Shown here: positions 35,927 through 48,526 of the stretch, in pieces | How the letters are laid out: each line of letters opens with the position of its first letter | Numbering within the stretch: position 1 is the stretch's first letter | Source of the DNA: Strigamia acuminata | Lineage: Eukaryota | Assembly: GCA_949358305.1 (NCBI GenBank) | Contig: OX442314.1 | Location: forward strand, 16,926,001 to 16,990,000 | Direction: 5' to 3' | Length of the DNA stretch: 64,000 nt | Notes under the pieces: model-generated | The model's database searches: none | What the model was told of the DNA's origin: nothing | What the model saw: only the letters and a program-made list of their open reading frames with translations | Position numbers and translations under genes: made by a program

Positions 35927-38195
35927 CTTTAAAACTTTTGCTCAATTTTGCTCCAATTTGTAAGATTTTGTGGATTTCCAGGATTTCATGAGCTTTCATT
36001 AATTTCAAACTAGCTACTCTAGCTATTATATTTTAGTTTAATTCACCTTGGCCGCCGCGAGATATACAGTGGGGGGCAAAACTAAGTTAACAAATGTGAC
36101 ATGTTGAATCTCATGGCTGTATCTCGGAAAAAAAGGAAAAAAAACCAATAAAATTTAAACTGAATACTTGTCTAACATTCTGCTTTGTTCTACTAAAATT
36201 TTTATGAAAATCTATCCATTAATTCTGGAGATAAAAATTATTTTGTGAAGTGACATCAAAAATTAAGAGGCAAAAGTAAGTTAACAACTCTGTTAACCAT
36301 TGAGAAACCTAACTATTCTCACCTCTGGAAACATTTCCTTGACTTTCTTTATTCTTGTAACATCATCCGCAGCGTCTCTTTCAAATTCCTTGTGGCATTT
36401 ATTGAGCAGTAATTTATGAAATATCACGAAGTTATTATCTTGATTTCTCATATATACTTTTTTCTTAGCTAAACATTTGCGTAATTTGGCATAAGCAACA
36501 CTAAAATTAAGTTCATGTAATGCCTACCAAGAAATTAACAGAACATCAATAATAATTCTATTTGGCAAAACAAATTAAACATTTTACCAGCTGTGAAGTG
36601 TGAATGTGTGAGGGATTTCGTTTTTGTCCCTGCTTATAGTGTAGTCTCGTAAGTAAACGGTGATTAAAGAGTCATTTTGACTCATTCAACGAATGAGGTC
36701 CACTTATTTAGTTATTTGAACACAATTATATATTTTTGGTTTGGCTCACCTTTTAGGAAGTGGAGGCTTTGCCTGAAAACATTGTGATGACTGGAAAAGA
36801 CCCACCTCGATCTATTTTTCGTCTCAGCCTTTTCGAATTTTCTTCTGAAAACTCAAACTGGCAGAAGCCACTTAAAAAAAAACCACACCAGCCGCAGATT
36901 TTGTTTCTGAAGATTTTTGTGATCGTTTTCAGCTGTTTTTGATGCCTATTCTGTTACTTACAGAAACTTTCAATGCACACCTATTGAGATTAAGTAAGCT
37001 TTCTTGGATTTTCCTTCAAATTTTAATTATCTATCGTCAGACTCTAAAAATTTACGCAATTTTGCTGCAGTTTTCATAAATTTAGATGATTTTGGGTATT
37101 TTATGAGATTTCATGGGTTTCATGATTTACAAAATCAAAATTGTTGACTCCTGGGATATCCACCATTGGCTATCCTCTCAGCTTAAGCTGACACATGCAA
37201 CAAGAAAAAACTTACGCGAATAAATCGTCACCGCTTTGATTCGTGTTTTATGCTTAAAATTAATCGTGCTGTCAAATAAGGCTAGTGTCTGTTAAATTTG
37301 CATAATGCAAGATTATCGTAAACTTTTTTTTCAGTTTTTATTTTATTGGTTATTGAACAACAAAGGTTTTGTCATACATGTGTATTTACACCATATTAAA
37401 CCTAAAGCCAGACGCCCCACAAACTCAGCGATGCAGGACTATTGACCTGGCATGCATTATATTATGTAATTCCCCATTATCTCAATTAATATAATAATAA
37501 TATATGTAAATGAAAGAATAATTTTCTAGGAAAAAAGATTTGAGGAGCTATAATGGATAAATTTATTTCATTTGGCTGATCACCTCAAATTTCCCTATTC
37601 CTGTGTTAGATTTCACCTCGCTATTGTACTTCTGCAATCGAAATCTTGAGAAACAAATAGAACTCATGGTTAATACTTGGTTATAATATAATTTACACAA
37701 ACATAAATATAACTGGCTACTCTAGCTGCAATATACAAAACAATTGGCAATGCTATTATTTTTTTTTTTGTATTCACGACAATATACAACTCGAGACTCC
37801 ATTATAACATGCCTTTTTTATCAGTCACAATTTTGTTAAAGCAGTCCAAAGGCCAATTTAAGCCATTTTGCTTATCAAAAAAACAAGAAAAAATAAATTT
37901 TAATCGACTTAAAAATCATGCAGCCATCATAAGAAACAATAATTAAAAGACAAAAACTGTAGTGAAAAAAAAAAAAAAAAAAAAACAATTTTGGAAGAAA
38001 AAAAATAATATATATACGAGGTTAGACCATCCAATGTGATTGGCTGGTCGATCCATTTGATTGCACCCTAAAATCCCCCCCTCCCCCTCGTTAGTGCGGC
38101 AGCGACGACGATGGGGTGGAGCAGCCAGTCGATGTTCGGAGCATCGGCCAGTAGATTTGATGGGTTGTGATTACTTTCTAAGGGGAAGCCATGAC

Positions 38196-41100
38196 TCAGC
38201 TCTCTTCAACCGATTCGTTTTCCGCTTCCTTCAGCCAAACATAAAAAGAACGGACAGAGTTCAAAGCCACGCCTTTACCCTCCTGTTCTACAGGATCTTC
38301 ACTCATCTCCCATAGTAAGAAAGCATCCTCAGAAATTATCTCTTCGTCATAAAGGAACCCGAAAAATGTGCACAATATTCCTAAATTAAATAAAAGAAAT
38401 CAGTTCAAATTGTAACTTAACTTTGATCAAATATATTTCATCACCTTTCGGTTGTTCCAATTGATGCATAAGAGCTTGCAGGGCGTAAAGTGCTTGCATT
38501 TCGCACGCTTCTGAATGATCCAAGTATTTTCTTAAAATATTACAACGATTTCTCAAAAGAGCTTCATCCACTTGTATCGTTGAGTCATCTGTTAAACATG
38601 AAAAACCAAAGAGAAAATTGTTTTTATAAAATGTTCATTTATGTGGAAACAGTATGGTCTTACCACTTTTTCCTAATACACTTTGACATACAGCTATCAT
38701 TAAAGCACGAACAAATGATGCTTCGTGACATTGGCTTTCATTCAGGTGTGCCTACAGTTAAAAAAGATAAAATCAACAAAAATCGACTTTTTCATTTGGT
38801 AATGTATTTCTCACGTCTATCCAATCGAAAATTTCTTCATTTTCAGATTGCTTACTAGCAAATAGTGCAGCTAACTCGATTTTCAGTTGCCCGGAAGAAA
38901 GATTGGTGGTTTTGCAAGGCTCTCGTGGCTTCACCGTAAACTCTAACTTCTAGCAACGACCAACAAGAAAAAATATATCTATCTAAAACCAGAACACGAC
39001 ACAATAAACCAATCTTACATTCTCCTTAATGAATTCTTCTGTCTTTAGACTAGCCGGTAAAAACTGAGACCACTGTAAATTAGACGATCTCCACAATTCA
39101 CCAACTTCATGTGTCCCCTTAATTAAAAAAACAACAAATAAATTGTTTTGTTTTGAAATTTATAAATAAAGCGGTATTACCAATTTCTTAGAAACAGCAT
39201 GCAAAACGGCAGACACAAAAGAGCCAGCACAACCTGTTTCGAAACAAGGCTGGGCTGCCTCATGAAGAAATGATAAAGGTAATGTGCTATCTTTAATCAA
39301 AGGCGCAATTAATTCGCCTAAATATTCCCAAATATGAGGAATATCAATTGCATAATCTTCAGCCAAACCCAGAATTGCTTGAAGGCTGAAAAAAAGAAGA
39401 AATAATAAGTATTGAAAAGAGAGAAGAAAAAAAATAAAAACATGAATTCTCTTGCATTAAACTTACCCTTTAATATACTGCTCAGGAGTCATGACTTTCG
39501 CCTTTATTAAATCATGCATCAGTTGGCCAATCTGTTGCCTCGTTTGAGCCGAGCGCTCTAGAACGCAATTGAATGCATAAGTAACAAAAAAAGAAATCGT
39601 TGTGGGAGCACAAATTTCCGAAATGCACAGAATAGCTTCCTAGAAACACAAAATTTCACAATCAGACAAGTTCTTAAACCGATAAAACAAAATAAATATC
39701 CAACTTGAAAATCAGTATTATGTAAAAATTCATCGAGTAGTGCTTTAGCTCTCTTTTCAATTTCCATTTCGGTTAAGTCAGGATTTCCTCTCAGAGCAAC
39801 ATCTTTCTTCTCTTCTCTGGTAATACTACTCTCTCGACTGCTGTCTATTGGAGCGCGGCCACTTTCCCCGCCAGCAATTGTTTTAACCGCTGCAATTGCT
39901 TGTTCACGCTCCTTCTCCTTTTGCGACTGCACGACAGCTTTGCCACTGCGCTGAGCAGGCGGTGCCATTTGAGTGCCTCGACCTTTACTTGAGTCTCGAG
40001 CCGAAGAAGGTGCGTTTCTAAAATTTAAAACATTTATTATTTTCGTAAGCAAATTCAAATTATTGTTCTTTTTACCGATTAATTCCTCGTCTTGAATCTT
40101 CGACGCGAGCACACGGTTCGTTAGCGAGAGCTTGAAATCTGTAAACCAAATAATTACAATCTACAATTTCTTAAATGAATAACAAAACTTGCCTATTTGC
40201 TGGAGCAGATGATTTACTCTCTGGTTCCTGGCTACTTGTCCTTGATCCGCCACTGCTTCCACGACTCCAACCAACAACATTACGACCACCCGGGCCCAGT
40301 TGTATGTCCTCATCAACATTAACCTAAAATTAGAAACATAATCGGATTAAATAAATCCTTCGGTAAAAATGTCACGTTGTACCTTGCTCAATTTCAATTT
40401 TTGTGGATCGATGCGACTGCTGTTTTTACTGCCAACTGTATTCCAACCGTCCTCACCCATGCTTGATCCGCCACCCATACCTCCTAAACCACAAACAAAC
40501 CGGCCGTCAGAATAATCTACACGCAGTTAAATAAGATTTTTACTTTTTCGTTTATCTTCCATTCGTCGGTGAGATTGAGGTTGAGTTAAATTGGTTTCTC
40601 TTTCCAAGGCTTCTCTTTCCGCTTCTAAATGAATTTGATCCAAAGTTTTTGGATTATTTTCGTCTCTTCTGGGAACCCAATTGTTCTGTCGCAAATCTGT
40701 GACATCTTGCAACATGAAACGAACTCTTGGCGATGCGTGTCGCTTATTAATGATTTCCTTCATCATTCGAAAGTAAGAGTTCATCTTATCATCCTACATA
40801 AAATAAATACCGCAATTAGAATACAACTTTTTTTAAACTGTAATTTAATTTCCACTTACCACCGGTTCTTTATTATTGCTTTTGCTCTTCTCTGGATCAA
40901 TGTCTTTTCCGATAGTTGTTAGCAGTCTGCACAAACATTCTAATGAATCTTCATCTTCCTGATTGAGCAATTTTTTTAGACAATCATGCATGATGCTGGC
41001 AGTGAGCATGTGCAACTTAAAAAGTTCGCCAATAAATCTACGCGAAATAAAAGAAACATTATTTTCTAGAACTATTTTTGACGATCAACACGATAAATTA

Positions 41101-44100
41101 TTCAACCTGATATTCCCTAGCGATCTCCTTTTCGCTTTTCTTTCCAAATCCTCCAATTCTTCATCCAATTCACGTTTCTTAGCTTCGTCCTATAACAATA
41201 ACATTCGTTTCGTTATTCACATGCTGCCTTAAAAACCCCCTCAATATTCTCACATCAGGAAACATTTCCTTGGCTCTCTTGATTCTCGCAACATCATCCG
41301 CAGTATCTCTTTCAAATTCCTTCTGGCATTTATTGAGCAGTAATTTACGAAAGTTTACAAAGTCATTATCTTGATTTCCTATGGGGACTTTTTTCATAGC
41401 TAGACACTTGCATAAATTGGCGTAAGCAACACTGAAATTAGGTTCATCTAATGCCTGGCAAAAAATTAACATAAAATCAGCAATAATTCTACTTGGCCAA
41501 ACAAATAAGTACTCACTTTTTCAAATACTAAGTCAATAACACCCATTAGCCTTTCTTCAGTGTCTATACTTAAATCGTTTACTTGTTTCACTAAAGTGTT
41601 AAACTTCTGCGGTGTCAACTTATTGAGAATACCTCTCACTCTCTTATACAAATCCTAAGAATATTCAAAAAAGTTAACACGATACAGTTTAAGAATAATA
41701 CGTTTGCCTACTTCGGTCTTAAGAGTCTCGGTATCTGTATCCTTGCCAAATTTGTGGGTAGGTCTCCATGCATTCTCTGACTTGTTCAATCGCACATCGG
41801 GATTGAAAGATAATAGAACAATCTTCTTCTTTTGATCAGTCTTGCCACCTTGCTGGCTTGGTCGACGGTTAACTTGAGCCTGCTACAATATCACGAAATT
41901 CAAATAAATGCATAAATGCATAAAGCAAACTTAAAAAATACTTACATTCCTAGGTGTGCTACTAGACTTTACATATCCAGGAATGAAATCAGGAATATGT
42001 GGTCTTTGAAACCCAGCTAGACTAACGGGTCGTTCAAATGGCTTTTGTTTATTAGACTTTAAAAAACAACATCGAACAGTTAGAAAAAAGAAAAAAACAA
42101 AAAAAGAATTCATATTACCCAAACTGTAACTGAATCCTTTATAACTTCCAGATCTGGTAAACCTTCTGGTTTTCGTAAGGACATTGGCTGAGACTGCATT
42201 CGCAGCAAAAATGATCGATCATATTGTCGCTTTCCTTCAGGGTTTAAAGGACTCCATTGATCTAAAACCACAAGGAAATAAAGTTAAACAACCATCCCAA
42301 TCTCCTAAACATCGTTTACTAACCTTCCTTGTAATTATACTTAGGAATAGTTTGACTTTTGGTAATAGGTTGATCTATTACATCAATCACTTGTTCATTC
42401 CTCTCAAAATCTTGACTAACTTTAGTATTTTCTTCATTCTTTTCAGCCACTTTACGTTCTTCCTCCTTAGAGTTTATGTCATCAGCGAGAGAAACTTCTT
42501 CCGGGACCGCAGGACTACTGACAGGCAAGGCAATCTAATAAAAACAAGGTTAGATATTATAACAGCCGATAAATTAATTAAATTCACACCAGATCGTTAC
42601 CTCATCTTTGTCAACAAATGCGTCCATATCTCCACCTTGTTTGCTTTCTCCCTTGCGATTCAAATACACCTTGTGTTTCTTGCTTTTCTGTTTCTTCATT
42701 TCTTTAGCTATAATAAACAACAAACAGTTTGTTAATTAAAAAATAACGAATTACCAAATGTGCTAAAATTCAAATTTCATAAATCATTTGAATTTACATT
42801 AATGCGAAGGAAGAAAAATAAAGCACAACGAGATCAAGGTCTTCTAGCTCAAACTTGTCTAATCCTAATCTAAAAATAGGCTCCTACCCCTCAATGTCCT
42901 CGTCCCTCCAACAAGCACAAATAAAATCCCCTAAAACAACTTCATCCCACTTTTAAAATCGCCAAAGCCTCGCACAAGTTCAAAATGGCTCGTCCAAACT
43001 CAAGTCCGAGCGATGTGAACTAATCCTGTAATTCTATCTTGTTTACTCACCACGGCAATTAGCAAAATCATCTTTGACTACTTTCAAGCGACATTGTCTT
43101 TCCATTTTATAACTAAAATTCTCAGCGCAATTTCAAAATTCTATTTTACTAATACATTCAACGAAGCTCGAGATATTTGTGGCACCCGTATCCATACTTG
43201 GTCCTATTTTGAACACGAAACCCGAGTCTGCCAAAAAGGCATGAAGAGCCCTCTTGTACAACGAAAGAGAGACGTTCCGCATATCCGGTTCCTCTTCTTA
43301 CCGTATGCACAAACTAAACTACTTTCACCACCGTAAATTACCATTTCAGTGAGATTACTATTTTATTTTTATTTATTTACCACTAACTAGTTATATTTCT
43401 ACAAAATGTCGGCTTTAAACCATGTCGAGTCAACGAACGTCACGAACATCACATGTGGCAACACGTGTATTTTTTTTTAGCTTCCAATTCAAAAATGGAC
43501 GCTTACTAATGATAATGAGGCTCGAAAATTACTAGTATAAGTCCGAAGTGTTGCAATAATACCAACATCATCGGGTGCATCGCACTTAACAAATTCTAAC
43601 ACAATTCACAGGCGCCATTTAAGTTCTGCTAGACATCCGGCTAGCAAGGTTCAAAACTCAGGGATAACCGGCACTCCATTTTAATTTTATTACACCAAAA
43701 ATTCTCATTTATATTATTTTTTTAAAAAAGAGCACAATCCTACACAGATGCAAACATTCTCATTATTTAATCGTTACGAAATCATATCGCCCACGGTACA
43801 CAGTCCTACTGTAATTGCGATACGCACAGCTCGTGTCCAGAAAAAAATGAACTCAAATAATTCTTATCTAGATAAATTGTTTTAATATTCTATACCGATA
43901 AATTAGTTTAAATACTCGAGTAAATTAAAGTTTTAAAAAAAAAACTAGTTTAAATATTTACACGTATGCAAATCGCCTATTTTACATATTAAAGAAGTAA
44001 TTTACACGAAATGAACGCGCCTATCCTTAATTATTCATTTCTAATCACTAATTTAAATAGTGAAAAATAATACATTTCCTTCATTAACCGATATCTAACG

Positions 44101-44878
44101 TTTTGGCAGTCATATCGTGATAAAACTTACACTTTGTACTCTCCACTACAAAAATGTACGCCAACGATTTAATTATTTATTTCTCCATGACCTTAGAACT
44201 AAAAAGCCGAAATAATTCAAACTATTGGCTTCGTGCCACCGAAATTGATTGTTCGGATGAACAAAGTAGGGCAGAAATTAAATTCCTAAAATACCCAGAA
44301 CTTTTTTCTGTTAAATAAATAAAATGTTGTTCAATACTCACACTCGGTTTCCCATTTTTCTGCGTGTGGGTCAACCATGTCATTAGCACCGACATCACCG
44401 TTCTCCTGCGGACTCATCTCGTCATCTGCACTGGCGTCTGCAGATTCCGCTGCGTTTACAGTACTCTCGTGCTGAACAATCACGGGTGTCTGCTCGATGT
44501 GTTCGGGAACTGCGACTTCAACCTCGACTGGAAGTGGCGCAAAATCCGCTTCTCTCTCCCTCGGGACAACGACTGGCGCGTCTACCGGGTGCTCAGTGCT
44601 AGGAATTGCATTTACTTCGATTGGGTCCATAAACGTAGGCATGTTGAATGGAGGAGCGGCTACGTTTCTGGGCACTACATTCACCGATTGAGTCTCGCGG
44701 ATTTCGGTTTCAGTACTGCTTTTCTCGGTCAGTTTCACCTGAGCACTAATCACATTGGGATTGCTTACGTCTGTTTTAGTTTCATGACTTTCGGTTGACT
44801 TTTCAACAATCACAGCACTCCTAGTTGAGATGGCTGCTATATGTTGATGCATCTGAACCTGTGCCGGTGGTTGATGAT

Positions 44879-44915
<37 letters not shown>

Positions 44916-46612
44916 CGGCGGCACCGGTTCCTTGACTGCGGTTTGGCCGATCACACCAGCAACTTGAGTCGCAAATTGAGCAGCTACGTCACTCGTTCTC
45001 TGTTGTCAAAGAATTAATACATTAATAATTGTGATTAAGTAAAATAAAATATTAAAAGAAATAAAATCACCGAATCGGAATTATCGATTTTATGGCCCAC
45101 TATTTCCTCAGTCAGATCTCGAGACGTAGTGGGATCTTGAATACGAATAAGTTTTTTCTCTCGTTTGGGTAATTGGGGCTGTTGAGACGGCGGCATTGAC
45201 GGCACCGGATGTCGGGGCATCATATGACTGTAGAACACTAAAAGCCAGACGACGAAATGCAAGTCAGAACCGAATTTTATCAAATGAAGATCACACTTAT
45301 TGTTACCTGGAGGATTTCCGCCTCCGTAATGCGTAAATGGCGTATTCGCGGTCGAAACGTACATAGTCTGAGCTGGAGACTGGACTTGGTAAGGCTGTTG
45401 AGGAGGATATTGAATCCTGTACTGTAAAAGCGCAACAAACTCCTTCATTAGTTGTACGACTTGAAAATGAACTCATCAACTCACATTAGGTGTACCACCA
45501 CCCGTCATATACATGTGCTGCATAGTATTAATTTGCTGCAGAGGAATCATTTGTTGCTGCTGCTGCTGCGGTGGCGGTTGTTGAGTGTGAGCATAAAACG
45601 ACTGTTGTTGCTGGGTAGCAGTCGCCGGGTTTATACCCATATTCATTCCTGGGCGTTGATTAACCGAAGAAACCTGTGGCCGAGGTGGTGGTTGACGAGA
45701 ATAAAATGGCTGCAAGTTCTGCATAGTTTTGACAATTATTTCACTTCATTTATGCAAAGGTTATATTTTAATTACCGGAGGCATGTGTGTTCCGAACACC
45801 ATCGGGGTGTTGGACGCACCTGGCATCCCAGGTTGGCCCTGTTTACCCATATCGTGAGGGTTAGTATTTGCAGACATTTGCTGATGTTGTACTGCCGAGC
45901 GCATTTGTTGATTAGGATACATTCTTTGGATACTGTATTCCTCACCAACGTCTAATCGGAGAAAAAAACGTCAAAAAACCTTCACTTTGTCAATTTATGA
46001 TAAGATCACTTACTTGTGGGGGTTCCGCGAGGTATATTTTGCATTCTGAGGGGGCCATTAAGGAATTTTGAAGGTGGACTTTGTTTGAAAGGCCCTTTAC
46101 TTTGGGATGTTGAACGCAACAAGAAATGTAAAACATATGGTAGTCAGATGGGCAAAATCGCACATATTTCGTTATTTACGCGGAATAAAATATCAAGTGG
46201 CTTCTAAAAATCAAGATTACCGTTTCCTTAGGCGTGTGAATCATCAATTTCACCAAATTTGATACGCGTGAAATTCATTTACAGTGGAAACGAATAAATG
46301 GAACAAGTTCCTTGATCCACATTTATTCAAATGTTTAGAAATCGTTTAACTCGGTAATATTAATAATTGTTTAAAATTCTAATGTTGAAATGATATTGCG
46401 ATCGTTTTTAAAGTGCTGTTTGGTCAATCAAGGCCGTCCATTTAGGTGGCCCTAAATGACAACTGCGTCATTCATTCCTTAGCTTTTGTTCAAATACACA
46501 CCCTAATATCACACTGGCTATTTTAGTTCGGTAAAGGATACTGTTGTGGTCCTCTTTGCGAAACAGTTTGTAAAATTTGTTGCGAATTCGGTTTTCCTTT
46601 CGGCAAACTCAT
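38196..46612 (-). CDS. eIF4G: Eukaryotic translation initiation factor 4 gamma, full-length parent gene
   Basis: ATG at 46612 ([12 protein letters not shown]..). PABP-binding [18 protein letters not shown] (about 45105-45165). eIF4E motif YDRSFLL (42203-42223). MIF4G ([51 protein letters not shown]), MA3 ([14 protein letters not shown]) and W2 ending [13 protein letters not shown] at 38196. Confidence 0.96.
43051..43105 (-). other. Candidate alternative first coding exon of eIF4G inside the 1.6-kb intron
   Basis: ataaaATGG start, [18 protein letters not shown]+G, then a strong GTGAGT donor. The 55 nt end in phase 1, matching the next acceptor at about 42707. Confidence 0.6.
46046..46541 (-). 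other. U12-type (minor spliceosome) GT-AG intron in eIF4G
   Basis: 5' splice site GTATCCTTT (46541-46533), branch TTCCTTAAT (46065-46057), CAG about 11 nt later with no long pyrimidine tract. Splicing keeps the frame (CA|A ATG CAA AAT). Confidence 0.8.
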
Positions 46613-47606
46613 TGCAACGTGAGAAATCTAATAGTTGTCCTCATACAAGGAGGACTGTTCCGACACAATTGTAGTTCTAACGTTTTTTTATCCTACTCAA
46701 AAGAAAATACGCAAATATTTCAATCAAAAACTTATCCAAAAACACGTCCACAATATTTAGTAATTTAGATGATCGTACCACAAATGGGATGAAGACGATT
46801 AATTTAACTTAACATCAACATGGCTCCGTTGAGCGGTGCCGCGGTGTTGCAGCTTCGAACACTTCCGGCAGTTGTTGCACTTCCGCTTAGAAAATCTTCT
46901 CAGCACAGCGCTGTAACTTTGCAGGGATAATTAAGACCTCGACGCAATTACGCCTTAACAACTGAACTGGAAAATAGATTGCGGGGACAGCGTGAATTTT
47001 CGTTTGGAAATCAATAATCCAAACTCGAACCAAAAAATTGGGCAAACTAAACTGCACGACGAAACTCGGTAAAGAATCTAGAGTTGTTCAAATTATACAA
47101 TAACTAAAAAAAATTCTTTCTTATTAGATTTTTCGAGTGTCCATCACGATTTCGTCGTAATTTACAATGAAGAAAGAATTGGAGAGAAATAATAATTTAC
47201 ATCCTAGAACGCCGTCTCATTTAAGAGTCAATGATGTATGGGAAGGACTCGCATCTAATTCTGTTTTTACGCGGTAGACACATTTCAGAAAAAACCGGGT
47301 AAAAAAAAAGAAACTGTGTACCTAGAAAAATAGGTGATTGATTCCAGATCTCTAAATATTTCCTAGAAAATTACAGTATTGGAAATATTTTGCCTTAAAA
47401 TTTAAATCAATATTGGATTTTAAAAAGGCAATGTTTTTAATCGTGTTAAATCAAAAGAAATTGTGCAGAAAACTGAATTTATTTGTAAATTCATAATTTA
47501 TATATTATATTTTATTTATTTATAAAAACGTGAATGTGAATTTTAGTTATCTAGAGCGTGTTGAATCAAAATTGTGTAAAAAAAAAAAGAGCGTATAAAA
47601 ACAGAA

Positions 47607-47986
47607 ATGGGTGTATTTTATGAAATGAACTTGACTTGACTTATACAAGTGTTGTTTTAATTAAGGACGCCCCTAAGTCACTCGGGTACCGCCAGTTGGA
47701 GAGCTGGCTCAACAAGAGCATGAAAATCGAGATGACGGATGGAAGAACGTTAATCGGTACTTTCCTGTGCACGGATCGAGACTGTAACGTGATCCTAGGC
47801 TCGTGCAGCGAATACCTTTGTGCAGGTAGTTTCGTTTCGTTTTAACGTCAAGATAATTGTTATTTGATCGTAGAAGGGGGCACGGAAGAAGAGCCACGAG
47901 TTCTGGGCTTGGCGATGATCCCTGGTCACCACATCGTGTCGATCAGCTTGGACAAGTTGGAGAATGCAAGAGTGGACGTTTTGTAA
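47607..47986 (+). CDS. NAA38: NatC auxiliary subunit (LSM domain, LSMD1/Mak31)
   Basis: [40 protein letters not shown]|..[19 protein letters not shown]. The MG micro-exon used as start is tentative. Confidence 0.88.
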
Positions 47987-48526
47987 AAATGTGAAATAAA
48001 TGTACGAAATACAATCGAATACCAATATTTTGGGCGGTATTTATTGAAAATGCACATGTTTTCCAAAAGTAGTTCATTTGTGAAATATTACACAAATTAA
48101 AAATATATTTGTTGTACATACAAATCATTCATCTTTCAGTGAAAACAGGATTTCTTTCACCAATATCAAAATTAAGAATAAACTGAAAAACGCTAACACT
48201 CGAACGGTTTAGCACTTGTAATGAAAAGACAAACCGTTCAAAATAGAATAATTTTCAAAAGTTGACTTTTTCAACAAACAGATGATGATGAAAACTTTTC
48301 AACCGCCTCAATACCTGATGAGCAAATTTCATGACGACTTGCAAATCAAAACAAATTGATGGTTCTTCCAAACATGTGCACTCCAGTGGTATTTCCCCAT
48401 TTCAAATACATTTGCAGGATGGTAAGAGCTCATTCTACAAGTTGCTAGAGGTGGTGTTTTTATATGGCTGATGTTGCCTTTTTGTAAATTTTTTTTCTTT
48501 TTTTGTTTGTTTGCGATAAAACTCTT

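Larger units (their letters stand above)
25500..38200. repeat. Segmental tandem duplication, unit 2, ending at the parental eIF4G stop codon
   Basis: Near-identical to unit 1. Similarity ends at GGGGAAGCCATGACTCAGCT (about 38200). Confidence 0.95.
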
